Shown: positions 20,892 to 31,773, numbered from the stretch's first letter. The stretch is 64,000 bases of DNA from an uncultured Acidobacteriota bacterium (GCA_963837345.1 CAWIMX010000001.1:58981-122980), one strand, 5' to 3'. Notes: generated by a model not told the origin, from the sequence alone. Translations and numbers: made by a program.

Positions 20892-22641
20892 CTATCGCTT
20901 TCCGGCGTCGATGTCGACGACGGCGGCGCGCCAGCCGCGCACCGAATTGATCAGCCACACCCGCGAGGCCGTCGCGAGCGCGCCGAGCGGCACCCTCGCC
21001 TCCACGATCTCGCCGCGCGCCAGAAGCTCGGCACGAAACGTGCCCGGCAGCAGACCCGCCGACACCGGAGGCGTCACCCGCCGGCCGCCGATCTCCGCCA
21101 CGAGGTTCGCCACCGTGGTCTCCGTGGCCTCGCCGTCCGGATTCCAGAGCACCGCGTCGTCGATGCCGGCGCGCCGCGCACGATCGTACACCGTCCGATT
21201 CGTCGTCTTGTGAAACAGAAACGGGTCCGACGGGTCGACCGGGGTCTCGGCGACGGCCAGTCGAACCGGCTCCGGCAATGCCTCGATTGGAGCCGCCTCG
21301 ATGCGCGGGATGCCGTCCCGCGCGACAAGGAGACGCACGCGCAGGGGTCCGGCCTGGCCGGCGACGGTCTCGTCGAGCGCACGCCTGATCCGCTGCGCGT
21401 CGAACGGGATTCTCGAAGTACTCGGCAAATCCCTCCAGCCGGTCGAGGTGGCGGGCCAGCAGAAAGAAGCCGTCTGCGGCCGTCCATCGCAGCGTCTCCA
21501 GGAGCTCGAAGGGTGGCGACCGGCGGCCGAGCACGGCGCCCTTCAGCAGGCATTCGTCGTACTCGCGATCCGGATCCGAGTCCCAGACGACGCCGCTTCC
21601 CACACCGAATTCGACCTGCCCGACGGCATCGTCGACGACGGCCGTGCGAATCGCCACGTTGAACCGCGCGCGACCGCCGGGCTCGATGAGGCCGACGGCG
21701 CCCGTGTAGACACCGCGCGGGCTTCCCTCGAGCGCTCGCAGGATTTCCATGGTTCGGATCTTGGGCGCGCCGGTGACGGACGCCGACGGGAACGTGGCGG
21801 CGAACACGTCCGCGAGCGGGGCCGTGGAACGGGCGGTCACCGAGGAGGTCATCTGCCAGACGTTGGGATATCGCTCGAGCGTGAAGAGTGCCGGCACCTG
21901 GACCGACCCCACCTCCGCCACCCGCCCGAGATCGTTGCGGACCATGTCCACGATCATCACGTTCTCCGCGCGATCCTTCGGAGAGCGGCCGAGATCGTCG
22001 CGCGCCCGGCGATCCTCTTCGATCGTCCGGCCCCGCGGAGCCGTTCCCTTCATCGGGCGCGTCAGGATGCAGGCGCCGGCCCGCTCGAAGAACAGCTCCG
22101 GTGACGCCGAGCAGATGACGCGGCGTCCGGCGCGCACGAACGCGCCATGCCGCCCGCGCTGGGCGGCCGTCAGGTCGGCGAAGAAACCGAGCGGATCGCC
22201 GTCGAAGCGCGCCCGGAGCCTGAACGTGAAGTTCACCTGGTAGGTCTCGCCGGCCGCGATGAGCGAGCGGATTCGCGCCAGCGCCGCCCCGAACGCCTGA
22301 CGATCCAGCGAGGCTTCGAGCGGGCCGAGGGCCCACGCCGCGCCGGCCGGCAGCCGATCGATCCAGCGAACGCGCTCCGCGTCGTAGAGGCTGAACCGGG
22401 CCAGCGGCAGATCGGACGGATCGGGGTGGACGCTGAGGCCGAACGCCGAGCCGGCCTCGTACGCGACCACCCCCACGGCATAGGCCCGGCGGGCAGCCGA
22501 GAGCGCCTCCGCCTCGCGAATGGCCTGGGCGACCTCGTCGGGCCGATGCGCATCGATCACGTGGAAGGGCCCGGCGAACGCGATCCACCCTGGCGAGTCG
22601 TGCGCCGCGACGAGCGCGTCGATGGGAGCCGGCGCCTTCAC
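20892..22641 (-). CDS. pabB: Aminodeoxychorismate synthase component I fused to class IV aminotransferase/ADC lyase; one +1 frameshift near 21410
   Basis: GETYQVN, SPELF, PMKGT, ENVMIVDMVRND, SVTGAPK, RGVYTG; the C-terminal lyase (FLFHKTT.R, TETTVAN, GLLPGT, NSVRG) continues in ORF 20892..21428. Span 1750 nt = 3n+1. Confidence 0.88.
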
Positions 22642-22647
22642 GATGCG

Positions 22648-24231
22648 CTACGTCTCCCAGCCATATCCAGCCTCGTTGGCAAGGCGCGGATCGTCGACCG
22701 GACCGCCGACGGTGAAGTGGTAGAGACTCTGAAAGGCGTGTCCGTCGAGCCCGAGCACGTCGTGCACCTCGTCGTCGAAGAAACAGCCGATGCCGGTGCC
22801 GCGGAGGCCGGCGGCTTCCGCCTCCAGATAGAGCACCTGTCCAATCATGCCGGTTTCCCAGAACAGGTGGCGATAGAACGACGCACCCAGCTCGTCGAGG
22901 CTTCGTGCGAAGTCGACGATCATACCCAGGCTGAAGCAGCCGTCCGCCGCGATGTCCTGATCGCAGCTCAGGTGCGCAGCCAACCGGCGACAATCGCCGC
23001 GCGCCAACTGGTAGAGCGGCAGCCCGTCGTCGGCGCGAGCCCACTCGAAATCGGCCCGGCACCCGGCGCGCAGGCGCGCCACAGCCTCGGGATCCCGCGC
23101 GAGCAGGTAGAGCCCGGGGGCCACCCCCTCGACGCGGTGCACGAACAGCGCCAGATGCACGCGCGGCGACCACCACATCGCGTCCCAGGGCGCGCCCGGT
23201 CCGGGCATGGCGCGCGCGAGCATCGCTAGAAACCCGTCCCGCGGGAGGACCGTGACCGCGTCGAAGGCCACGGCGCTTCGACGCTGGAGGATGACCGAGC
23301 GGGCATCGGGCCCGTCCGAATCGGGGGACGGCGCCTCTGACGCCGCCGGCATGGCCGGCGGGGTCCGGCCGGAATCCCGCGTCGCCGCCGCGATCTCATC
23401 GATGGCGGACCACTCGACGCGATCCCGGCTGAGCGCGCTGGCGCGCCCGGTCCAGTCGCCCGCGCGAACCGCCTCGAGCAGGCTGTGATCCGGGGCCGTC
23501 GGGTGCGCACCAACCGCAAGCAGACACGCCGGCTCTTCCCGTTCGGCGCCCTCGTAGTCGGCGTCGCGATCGACGCCGGCGAGCGCCCCAATCGCGTCCT
23601 GCGGCCATTCGGGAACGAGCGCCAGCCCGCGGCCTTGGAGGCCGACGCCGAACCGGAGCGCCGCAATCGCGTGCCCCAGGTCGTGCTGGCAGTAGCGAAA
23701 CGCCCGCTCGCCGTATTTCCAGGCCTCCCGCCAATGAACCGAGGTCAGCACGACGAGCCAGTCGGCGCCGGCCTCTCGCCACGCAGTCGGATCGAAGCGG
23801 CACCGCAGCTCCAGGGCGTGGCGGTCGGGGGCGTAGTGATAGACGCCCGCGTCGCCGGCGAGACCGGCGGCGGGTCCGGTCACGAGGTAGGCTTCCGTCG
23901 GATGGAGGTTGCCGCTCGAGGGATTGACGCGGAGCGCCCAGCGCGACCCGCGGAACGATTTCCACGCCGACAGGCCGAGCGCGTGGCGCAGGCTGTCGCC
24001 GATTGCCACCGCGAGGGGAGGGCCGCCGCCGCGGGGACGCTCGAACAGATGCCCGTACGGGGGAGCCGGAAGCCCGGCGTCCTGCGGCACTCGCGGGAAG
24101 AGCGGGAACTCGGGCGCGCCGGCGAACGAGCGGAATGGCGCGGGCTGCGTCGCCCAGTCGAGGTATCCGAGCGACCGAGCGAATCGATTGACGTGGTGCT
24201 TGGTGGCGTCGTGGTACGCGACCGGCGTCAC
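22648..24231 (-). CDS. SagB/ThcOx family dehydrogenase with two nitroreductase domains
   Basis: YHDATKH, LRVNPSSGNLHPTEAY, REAWKYGERAFRYC, second domain QRRSA...ETGMIGQVLYLEAEA..GTGIGCFFDD. Confidence 0.85.
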   Translation of the reverse strand: MTPVAYHDATKHHVNRFARSLGYLDWATQPAPFRSFAGAPEFPLFPRVPQDAGLPAPPYGHLFERPRGGGPPLAVAIGDSLRHALGLSAWKSFRGSRWALRVNPSSGNLHPTEAYLVTGPAAGLAGDAGVYHYAPDRHALELRCRFDPTAWREAGADWLVVLTSVHWREAWKYGERAFRYCQHDLGHAIAALRFGVGLQGRGLALVPEWPQDAIGALAGVDRDADYEGAEREEPACLLAVGAHPTAPDHSLLEAVRAGDWTGRASALSRDRVEWSAIDEIAAATRDSGRTPPAMPAASEAPSPDSDGPDARSVILQRRSAVAFDAVTVLPRDGFLAMLARAMPGPGAPWDAMWWSPRVHLALFVHRVEGVAPGLYLLARDPEAVARLRAGCRADFEWARADDGLPLYQLARGDCRRLAAHLSCDQDIAADGCFSLGMIVDFARSLDELGASFYRHLFWETGMIGQVLYLEAEAAGLRGTGIGCFFDDEVHDVLGLDGHAFQSLYHFTVGGPVDDPRLANEAGYGWET

Positions 24232-24479
24232 ACCTGCTCGATGCGGCGGCCGATCTCGGCGATCGCCTGCTCGAGCTGGGCGCGCCGCCGATCGTTCGTC
24301 GTGACCTGCAGCTGCCGCTCGAGCTCGGTGCGCGCGAGGCGCAGCGACCCCAGCTCGCGCATGCGGCCGGCGTCGATGTCCGGCTGGCCGCGGCTCCGCG
24401 ACCGCTCCTGAGCCAGCTCTTCCATCCGTTCCTGAATGCGAGATTCCGCGTCGATCAACCCTTCCCCGGCGTCACCCAT
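24228..24479 (-). CDS. Small helical/coiled-coil hypothetical protein
   Basis: 83 aa; 4-bp overlap with the SagB gene; charged helical sequence. Confidence 0.7.
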   Translation of the reverse strand: MGDAGEGLIDAESRIQERMEELAQERSRSRGQPDIDAGRMRELGSLRLARTELERQLQVTTNDRRRAQLEQAIAEIGRRIEQV

Positions 24480-24525
24480 TGAGTCCCTCGCGAAAAGAGA
24501 ACCGAAAAGACCGAGACGACGATCC

Positions 24526-26088
24526 TCACATTATAAGGTGAAGCTCGGCCGCATACAGCATCGTTCGATCGTTGTCGCGGGCGGCCCATTTGAGGAGCGT
24601 CGCGACATCGGGCTGGACGCGACCCTCGAACACCGTGCGGCCGTCGGCGATCACGACAATCGGCTGCGTGAGGTCGAACGCATCCGGCGACAGGAGCAGG
24701 GTGAACGCGCCCACACCCCGTGTCGTGGCCCGCACGGTATTGCCGTCGCGAACGAGGTCGACACGGCCGGACGGACGCACATGGTCGAAGATCGGCACGA
24801 CGCGGGGCATTTCCGTCGGCGCGTACGTGCCTGTGAGCGTGAGCGCGGCGCCGTCGCGCGACACCTCCAGCGTGAGGGGCGAGCCGGGGTCGTTGATCTC
24901 GAGCACCTGCCCGAGATCGACGCCGGCCGGCAGGACGCGCCCGTTGATGCTCGTGACGAGATCACCGGGCCGGAGGCCGATCGTGTCGGCCCCGCTGCCG
25001 CGGACGACCTGAGCGACCTGCATGCCGCTGTTGCGGATCCCGAAATTCATCTGCGTGCCGGCGACGAGCTCGTTCAAGTCGGGCAGCGGCTCGGCGGACG
25101 TTTGGGGCGCCAGGGCGTCCACCACGAGCCAGTGCGCGCGGTTGGAGGCTCCGCTCAGGTCCGTTTCCCAGGTGAGCGAGGACGGGTGCGGGGCGCGCGG
25201 ATTCGCCGCCACGAACGCCTCGAAGCCGTCCTTCACTTCGGGCCACCAGCGCGTGTTGTGCTCGCCCGAGGGCTGGGGATGATAGTCGAGCGCCAGGCCC
25301 GCAGCGCGGAAGCGTGTCAGGTACGGCTCGACCATCGCCGCCGGAAACAGCGGATCCTTCCCCCCATTGACCACGAACCACGGCTTGTTCCGCAGGTTGT
25401 TCGGGAACAGCTCTTCGCGAATGTTCAGCGACTGGTTGGCGAGCACCTTGATGAAGCCGTTCAGCGGGAGGAACGCGGCAAACGGCGTCGTGTCGCGCAT
25501 GGCGAAGTAGTACACGGCCGTCGCGCCGTCGGAATGCCCCGACAGCACGACGTGGTTTTCGTCGACGTTGTAGGTGCGCTTCAGCCGGTCGAGAATGCGA
25601 TTCAGGCTCGTGACCTGGGCGTCGCTCCACCACGGCGCGTCGGCCCAGCCGATCGGCAGAACATAGATCTGATCGGCGCCGGCGAGCGAGCCGATGGAGC
25701 CGTCGCCTCGAACGCTCTCGTCGGGTCGCGTCACACCGCCGTGGAGCTGCACGCGCACCTGCCAGGGACGCGCGGGGTCGTAGTCGGCCGGCACGTCCAG
25801 CGTGTAGTTGAAGGTCTTCCCGTCGATCTCCTGGGACAGCCGGACGACGCCCCGGGGCACGTCGGCGGTGTAGGGGCGCCCGCGGCGGAGACGCGCGAGC
25901 GCCTCATCGAAGCTCACGCCGCTCGCGGTGATGGCGCTCGCGGCCGCGTCGGCCTCGCGCGGGGTGGAGGCCCGCCAGAACGCCGAGAACGCGGCGTCGA
26001 GGTCGGCGAGGCCTGGCCGGGGCGGCGCAGCCAGAACGGAGGCGCCGAGGACACCGGCCAGCGCAAGCGGAACCACGGTCGATCGCAT
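24526..26088 (-). CDS. Exported alpha/beta hydrolase with PDZ domain
   Basis: Signal peptide; LHGG, GHSDG nucleophile elbow, GGKDP, GEHN; PDZ-like VVRGSGADTIGLRPGDLVTSING. Confidence 0.75.
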   Translation of the reverse strand: MRSTVVPLALAGVLGASVLAAPPRPGLADLDAAFSAFWRASTPREADAAASAITASGVSFDEALARLRRGRPYTADVPRGVVRLSQEIDGKTFNYTLDVPADYDPARPWQVRVQLHGGVTRPDESVRGDGSIGSLAGADQIYVLPIGWADAPWWSDAQVTSLNRILDRLKRTYNVDENHVVLSGHSDGATAVYYFAMRDTTPFAAFLPLNGFIKVLANQSLNIREELFPNNLRNKPWFVVNGGKDPLFPAAMVEPYLTRFRAAGLALDYHPQPSGEHNTRWWPEVKDGFEAFVAANPRAPHPSSLTWETDLSGASNRAHWLVVDALAPQTSAEPLPDLNELVAGTQMNFGIRNSGMQVAQVVRGSGADTIGLRPGDLVTSINGRVLPAGVDLGQVLEINDPGSPLTLEVSRDGAALTLTGTYAPTEMPRVVPIFDHVRPSGRVDLVRDGNTVRATTRGVGAFTLLLSPDAFDLTQPIVVIADGRTVFEGRVQPDVATLLKWAARDNDRTMLYAAELHLIM

Positions 26089-26096
26089 GAATTCCC

Positions 26097-28329
26097 TCAG
26101 CGCTTCTCAGGCGCGTTGACGAGCTCGTCCACCACCCAGCCCGCCCCGTGCACCTCGCGGGCGATGGTGAGCGCGAACCGGATGTCGGGTACTGAGCGCG
26201 CGCCCGGCGGTCTCGCTGTAGGTCCAGTCGCTGGCCATCGCTTCCTCGTTGCCGTCGAAGATCAGGCCCACGATCTCGAGCGACCGGTTCAGGGTCGCGC
26301 TGCCCGAATTGCCGCCCGTGATGTCGTTGGTGGTGACAAAGTCGACCGGCATGGACGCATACCGTGCGCGAAAGGTGGCGTTGGAAATCGACCGCCGCCA
26401 GCTGAGAAGGCGCGGCGGCACCGCGTAGTCGCCGGCATTGCCGTGCGATTCGGCCAGCGAAAAGAGGCCGTCGAGCCTCGTCGTGAACGGCACCGCCTGA
26501 TTGGCGCGATTGGTGTAGCCTGCCACCTTGCCGAACGTCGCGCGCAGCGTGAAGTTGGCGTCGGGATAGAGATCCGACCCCTTCCAGGCGACGAGCCCCC
26601 GCGCAAACTTCGAGCGGTTCTGGAAGATCTTCTCGTTCAGCACCGCCACGCGCTTCCGCTGCGCGTCGAGCGACGGTTCGAGCGCAACGGCGAACCGGAC
26701 GACCGGGTCGGTCGACGCTTGAAACGCCGACAGGCGGGCATCGATCAGATTCCGGCGGGTGGCCACCGAGTCGACCGTCGTGCCGTTGACGACGGCCTTC
26801 GCGAGCGCGAGCGCGTCGGAGCCCCCGGTGGCCTCCACGAGCGCCTGGACCGCCGGAATGCGCCGGTCGGGAGGGAGCGCCAGCGCTTTTTCGAACGCGA
26901 TCGCGAGCACGTCCTGCTCGAGCGGCAGCAGCACCGGATCGTCGTTCAACAGCGCCTCGCGGACGTTGGGCCAGTTGCGCTCCTGAAACTGGGGCTCGCG
27001 CTCGCGATCGGACGCCTGGGCACGCGCCTGCGCGAACTGATACAACCCCGAGGCATACCCCAGCAGATCCGATCGCGTGAGCCAGCCGAGCGCCTCGTCC
27101 AGATCGGCGTTCGCTTCGACGTCGTCGGCGTACACCGACGCCTGCCGGTCGAGCACGTCGCCGAATTCGCGCGCGAGATCGGGACGGCTGTTCACGAAGG
27201 CCATGAAGTCGCGCTCGCGGGCGACCCGATCGCCGACGACGTTGGTGGCGGCGAGCGCCGCCAGCACATCCTGCTGGTACTTCAACGTGTTGGCCAGGCC
27301 GAAGATGCGGCTTTGCAGGAGCACCTGGTTGTCGGCCTTCATCGCGGCATAGCGGCGCAGGAGATCGAGCTCGGTCTCGAGGTCGCGAATCTGATCCGGG
27401 ATGCCCTTCTCCAGGTTGTAGCGCGCCGAGTAGCTCATCCGGTAGCGGTTCGTATTGCCCGGATTCCCGACGACGAGCGTGAAGTCGCCGTCCTTCACGC
27501 CGGCCATCGTGACGCGCAGGTAGCTGTCGGGCGTGGCGGGCACATGGGCCGCGTCGTACTCGCCGTGGCTGCCGTCGGTGCCCTGGTACGCGCGCAGGAT
27601 CGAGATGTCGGACACGAACCGCGGAAACCGGAAATTCATCTCGTCGCCGCCGAAGTAGCCGAGCTGCTTCTCCGGCGCGTACACGAGGCGCAGGTCGCGA
27701 TAGTCTTCGTAGACGATCAGCAGCGATTGGGCGCCGCTGTTGAAATCCACGACGGAGCACGTGAAGTTCGCACCGCGTTCCGCCGTGCATTGCCGTTCCA
27801 GATCCGAGCGCGCCGCCTGCCGCGCGCGCTGCACGTCGGCAATGGGCATGTCCGGAGTGACCGCCGCATTCAGGTCCGCGGTCACATCGCGCGCGCTCCG
27901 CTCCACCTGTGCACGGAACCGCTTGCACGGCAGCTCGTCGGTCCGACGCTGGGCGGTGAAGCCCGTCTCGATCAGGTTGTTGGCCGTGGCTTCGTTCTCG
28001 TCGGCAAGGGCCGACGTCCGGATGCAGTCGAGGGCGACGTGATGATTGGTGAGGATGAGCCCATTCGGCGAGGCGAACGTGCCGGTGCCCCCTCCGCCGC
28101 CCGACTGCAGGCGCACGACGGCCGCCTGGAGCCGGCTGAGATCCGCCGCGGTCAGGCGGACGCCGTACTCGGTGGTGATCGTGGCGAGCGGCATCTGGTC
28201 CAGCCGCCACATGCCCTCATCGGCGAGCAGCCGGATGCCCCCGGCCGCGACCAGGCCCGCGACGGCCGCCGCGCACCACGGGCGGCTGGCAATGGAACGG
28301 CGAAGGCCCGAAGGCACGAAGAAGGTCAT
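26097..28329 (-). CDS. Peptidase S46 (dipeptidyl peptidase 7/11 family); +1 frameshift near 26188
   Basis: ADEGMW, TNHHV, YPDANFTLR.T.G.V, TNDITGGNSGS, GLIFDGN. Removing one base restores ...STDIRFALTIAREVHGAGWVVDEL with stop at 26097. Confidence 0.9.
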
Positions 28330-28448
28330 TGTTCTCTCCCCACCGATCTCCCGCCCCCGCATTCTAGCGGACTGACGCCCCGTCACACCGATCTTCCTCG
28401 GCAGGCTCCGCGACACCGACACCCTACTGCAGACGTGCCCCGGCACCC

Positions 28449-28454
28449 TACAAT
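28449..28454 (+). promoter_or_regulatory. Candidate -10 box (TACAAT) 6 nt before the yajQ ATG; possible leaderless promoter
   Basis: TACAAT-GAGCGG-ATG, with no room for a normal leader. Confidence 0.4.
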
Positions 28455-28460
28455 GAGCGG

Positions 28461-28961
28461 ATGGCAGCGACCGTTTCGTTCGACGTCACGTCCGAGATCG
28501 ACTTTCAGGAAGTGGACAACGCGCTCAACCAGGCTCGCAAGGAAGTGGGGCAGCGCTACGACTTCAAGGGGGCCACGGCCGAGATCACGCTGAGCACGGC
28601 CGACAAGACGCTGACGCTCCTCGCAGACGACGAGTTCAAGATGAAGGCCCTCTGGGAGATCGTCCAAACGCGGCTGGTGCGCCGGGGCGTGCCGACGAAG
28701 AACTTCAAGAGCGCCGACAGCCAACCGGCCGCCGGCGGCACGGTGCGGCGCGTGATTGCCGTTCAGCAGGGCATCCCGACCGACACGGCCCGCGAGATCG
28801 TGAAGTTCCTCAAGGACCTGAAGCTGAAAAAGGTGCAGGCCGCCATCCAGGGCGAACAGGTCCGCGTGAGCTCGCCGTCGAAAGACGAGCTGCAGCAGGC
28901 GATCCACGCGTTGCGCGAGCACGACTTCGGCCTCGCGCTGCAGTTCGGGAACTACCGCTGA
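28461..28961 (+). CDS. yajQ: YajQ family nucleotide/c-di-GMP-binding protein
   Basis: SFDVTSEID.QEVDNA, RYDFKG, QGI, VQA.IQG.QVRVS, DELQ, LQFGNYR. Confidence 0.95.
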   Translation: MAATVSFDVTSEIDFQEVDNALNQARKEVGQRYDFKGATAEITLSTADKTLTLLADDEFKMKALWEIVQTRLVRRGVPTKNFKSADSQPAAGGTVRRVIAVQQGIPTDTAREIVKFLKDLKLKKVQAAIQGEQVRVSSPSKDELQQAIHALREHDFGLALQFGNYR

Positions 28962-28964
28962 CCG

Positions 28965-30611
28965 CTACATGTCCTCCGACGCCCGGATCGTCCCGACCGC
29001 CTGGTAGCGGTCGCGGAACCGATCGCGCAGGGCCGACTTTCTGAACTTCCCCGCCGAGGTGCGCGGAATCGCGTCGACGAACTCGACGGCGTCCGGGAGC
29101 CACCACTTCGCGAACGAGGGCCGCAGGAACTCCACGAGGTCCGGCGCGCTCACGCGTTGCCCGGCTTTCAGCACGACCACGGCCAGTGGCCGCTCGTCCC
29201 ATTTGGGATGCGGCACGCCGACCACCGCGGCCTCCGCGACCGCGGGATGGCCCATCAACGCGCTCTCGAGGGCGACTGAACTGATCCATTCGCCACCCGA
29301 CTTGACCAGGTCTTTCGAACGGTCGGTAATCTCCACGCAGCCGCTCGCGTCGATGGTGACGATGTCGCCGGTCTTGAACCAGCCGTCGTCGGTGAAGCGA
29401 TCACCGAGATCGGGCTCGTGGTAGTACTGGCTGGCGACCCAGGCGCCGCGCACTTCGAGCTCTCCCATGGTCTTGCCGTCCCACGGGGCCAGGCCCGTCG
29501 CCGTGCGGGCTCGGATCTCGATCAACGGGATCGGCGTGCCCTGCTTGGCCCGATAGGCCAGCTGGCGGTCCGCCGGCGCGTCGCGCAAGGTCGACGGCAG
29601 GGCGCACACCGTGCCGAGCGGGCTCATTTCGGTCATGCCCCAGGCGTGCAGGATGCGGAGGCCGTGTCGCTCGTCGAAGGCTTTGATCAGTGCCGGCGGC
29701 GCGGCCGATCCGCCGATGGCGATGACGCGGAGCGCCCGCAGATCGCGGGAGCCCGGCCGGGCGTCGAGTTCCTGCAGCACGGCGAGCCAGACGGTGGGGA
29801 CGCCGGCGGTCACCGTGACGCGTTCGGTCTCGATGAGCTCGAGCAGGCTCACTGGATCGAGAAACGGTCCGGGGAAGACCTGACCGGCGCCGAACAGCGT
29901 GGCGCTGTACGGAAAGCCCCAGGCGTTCACATGGAACATCGGTACGACCGGCATCACGCAATCGGCCTCCGACATCGCCACCGTGTCGGCGAGTCCGTGT
30001 CCGAGCGCGTGCAGCACCGTCGTGCGATGCGAATACAGCACGCCCTTCGGCCTCCCGGTCGTGCCCGAGGTGTAACACATCGCCGCGGCCTGGTGCTCGT
30101 CGATGTCGCACGCGACATGGCGCGCCGGGTCGGCACGCCCGATCAGGGCGCCGTAATCGTGAAACCCGCAGCCGGCCGGGGCGTGTCCGGCCATCACGAT
30201 CACGTGCTCAACCGACACGCGGTCGCGGAACGCCTGGAAGAGCGGCAGCAGACTCTCGTCGACCAGGAGCACGCGGTCCTTGGCATCGTTGACGATGTAG
30301 GCCAGGTCGTCGGGATGGAGCCTGAGGTTGAGCGTGTGGAGAACGGCGCCGATGGCCGGCACCGCAAAGTAGGCCTCGAGATGCTCGTGATGGTTCCATC
30401 CGAGCGTCGCCACGCGGTCGCCCGGCTGGACGCCCAGATCCGACAGCGCCACCGCGAGTCGCCGCACGCGGTCGGCGATCTCCCCGTAGGTGTGGCGCGC
30501 TACGGACCGATCCGGGCGCCTCGTCACGATCCGCCTCGAGGCGAACAGCGTTTCGGCGCGCCGAAGCAGGGTCGGAATCGTCAGCGGGTACTCCATCATC
30601 AGTCCGCGCAC
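28965..30611 (-). CDS. Long/medium-chain fatty-acid--CoA ligase
   Basis: YTSGTTGRPKG, PMFHVNAWG, AWGMTE, FKTGD, KSGGEWISS, HPKWDERP; GTG start after a GGAGG RBS. Confidence 0.92.
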   Translation of the reverse strand: MRGLMMEYPLTIPTLLRRAETLFASRRIVTRRPDRSVARHTYGEIADRVRRLAVALSDLGVQPGDRVATLGWNHHEHLEAYFAVPAIGAVLHTLNLRLHPDDLAYIVNDAKDRVLLVDESLLPLFQAFRDRVSVEHVIVMAGHAPAGCGFHDYGALIGRADPARHVACDIDEHQAAAMCYTSGTTGRPKGVLYSHRTTVLHALGHGLADTVAMSEADCVMPVVPMFHVNAWGFPYSATLFGAGQVFPGPFLDPVSLLELIETERVTVTAGVPTVWLAVLQELDARPGSRDLRALRVIAIGGSAAPPALIKAFDERHGLRILHAWGMTEMSPLGTVCALPSTLRDAPADRQLAYRAKQGTPIPLIEIRARTATGLAPWDGKTMGELEVRGAWVASQYYHEPDLGDRFTDDGWFKTGDIVTIDASGCVEITDRSKDLVKSGGEWISSVALESALMGHPAVAEAAVVGVPHPKWDERPLAVVVLKAGQRVSAPDLVEFLRPSFAKWWLPDAVEFVDAIPRTSAGKFRKSALRDRFRDRYQAVGTIRASEDM

Positions 30612-30612
30612 G

Positions 30613-31452
30613 TCACCCTCCTTCGACCAGCGCGAGCGGCCGTATCGGCGATCCGGTGGCGCCGCGAAGCTTGAGCGGGATGCCCACGAATGCGAAGCTC
30701 CTGTGACCCGACGCGGCGAGCGTTTCGAGGTTGAGGTTCTCGAGGATGTAGACGCCCTTCTGAACCAGCAGAAAGGCATGGCCGAACAACATGAGCCCCG
30801 TGTCGGGATCGCGATCAGACACGGCATCCCAGGCCATGTTGTCGGCGCCGACCGCGACGACACCGCACTCGGCCGCCCACTCGGAACCCGATCGCCCGAC
30901 GCCCGCCGCGTGCTGGTAGACCTCGTCGTCGTCCCAGCAGGCGCCGTACCCCGTCCGCACCAGGAGGATGTCTCCGCGGCCCACCGCGACGCCCGTCGCC
31001 GCGGCGCAGGCCGTGAGATCGTCGGCCTGAATCGACTCGTCGGGCGCAAGATGCGAGACGCCCTTCCATCCCGCGACGTCGAGCAGGACGCCGCGGCCGA
31101 CGAGCGGGGGGCACGTCTCGATGCCAAGCGCCCGGAATCCGTCGGGGCGCTCCACGTCGGCGACGGCCACGCCTCCGTACAAAGTTTGATCGAGGGCCTG
31201 ATGACAGAGCGCGTCGATGTGCGTCCCCGAGTGCTCCATCATCGTCAGGACGCCCGACGCGCTTGTGCGCCGCGCGCCGCCTTCCGCACGGAAGTGGTCG
31301 CGATGGCGCCGGTAGAGCGCGTAGAAGTAGGCGGGCCGATGGGCGGGATGCCCGGGCATGCCGGCGAAGCGCGGCTGCTCGAGGTCGAAAAGCTTCGCGC
31401 GGGTCAATTGCTCGACAAGCGTCACCAGGTTCCCTCGCTTCGTCGGCGTCAT
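30613..31452 (-). CDS. Cyclase family metal-dependent hydrolase (kynurenine formamidase-like)
   Basis: EHSGTHIDA..H, GRGVLLD, GDILLVRTG, GADN, ENL.L, GATGSPIRP. Confidence 0.9.
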   Translation of the reverse strand: MTPTKRGNLVTLVEQLTRAKLFDLEQPRFAGMPGHPAHRPAYFYALYRRHRDHFRAEGGARRTSASGVLTMMEHSGTHIDALCHQALDQTLYGGVAVADVERPDGFRALGIETCPPLVGRGVLLDVAGWKGVSHLAPDESIQADDLTACAAATGVAVGRGDILLVRTGYGACWDDDEVYQHAAGVGRSGSEWAAECGVVAVGADNMAWDAVSDRDPDTGLMLFGHAFLLVQKGVYILENLNLETLAASGHRSFAFVGIPLKLRGATGSPIRPLALVEGG

Positions 31453-31479
31453 CCTAGCCGTTCGCGGCGATCAAGGCTA

Positions 31480-31745
31480 CCCCTTTTATTTCAATAAGTT
31501 GCGGCCGCAGCACCGCTTGTGCCTGTGATCGGCCTCGGCGCCCGATTCCACTACGACGATCGTGTACTTATGAGTTATTTATCTAAAATCCAATATGTGG
31601 GTGTTAATTCAACGCAGCCGACCGCTAGAGACATTTGAAGATAAAATCATGGATACTTACCATCGTATTTATTTGATTGTCACCAAAGAGAATCATAATT
31701 TCCACGCTGCTTATTCCTGGTGTTTTCTTTATGACTCCTGTGCGA
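31480..31745. promoter_or_regulatory. AT-rich divergent regulatory region upstream of the receptor array
   Basis: Sharp GC drop (e.g. TTATGAGTTATTTATCTAAAATCCAATAT) between divergent genes; no credible ORF. Confidence 0.55.
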
Positions 31746-31773
31746 CCGGGAGAGCTAGTGAGGAGGTATGCGA

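Noticed and set aside
22648-24479. Azole-RiPP cluster (SagB dehydrogenase + small precursor)
   Set aside because: No YcaO/E1 cyclodehydratase nearby, and the 83-aa ORF is a charged helical protein with no Cys and no Ser/Thr-rich core.
24436-28593. 1385-aa plus-strand ORF and similar long shadow ORFs (e.g. 53385-56801, 8086-10590, 2413-4779, 5790-7874)
   Set aside because: Antisense or off-frame to well-supported genes, Arg/Gly/Ala-rich with no motifs; expected from stop-codon scarcity at high GC.
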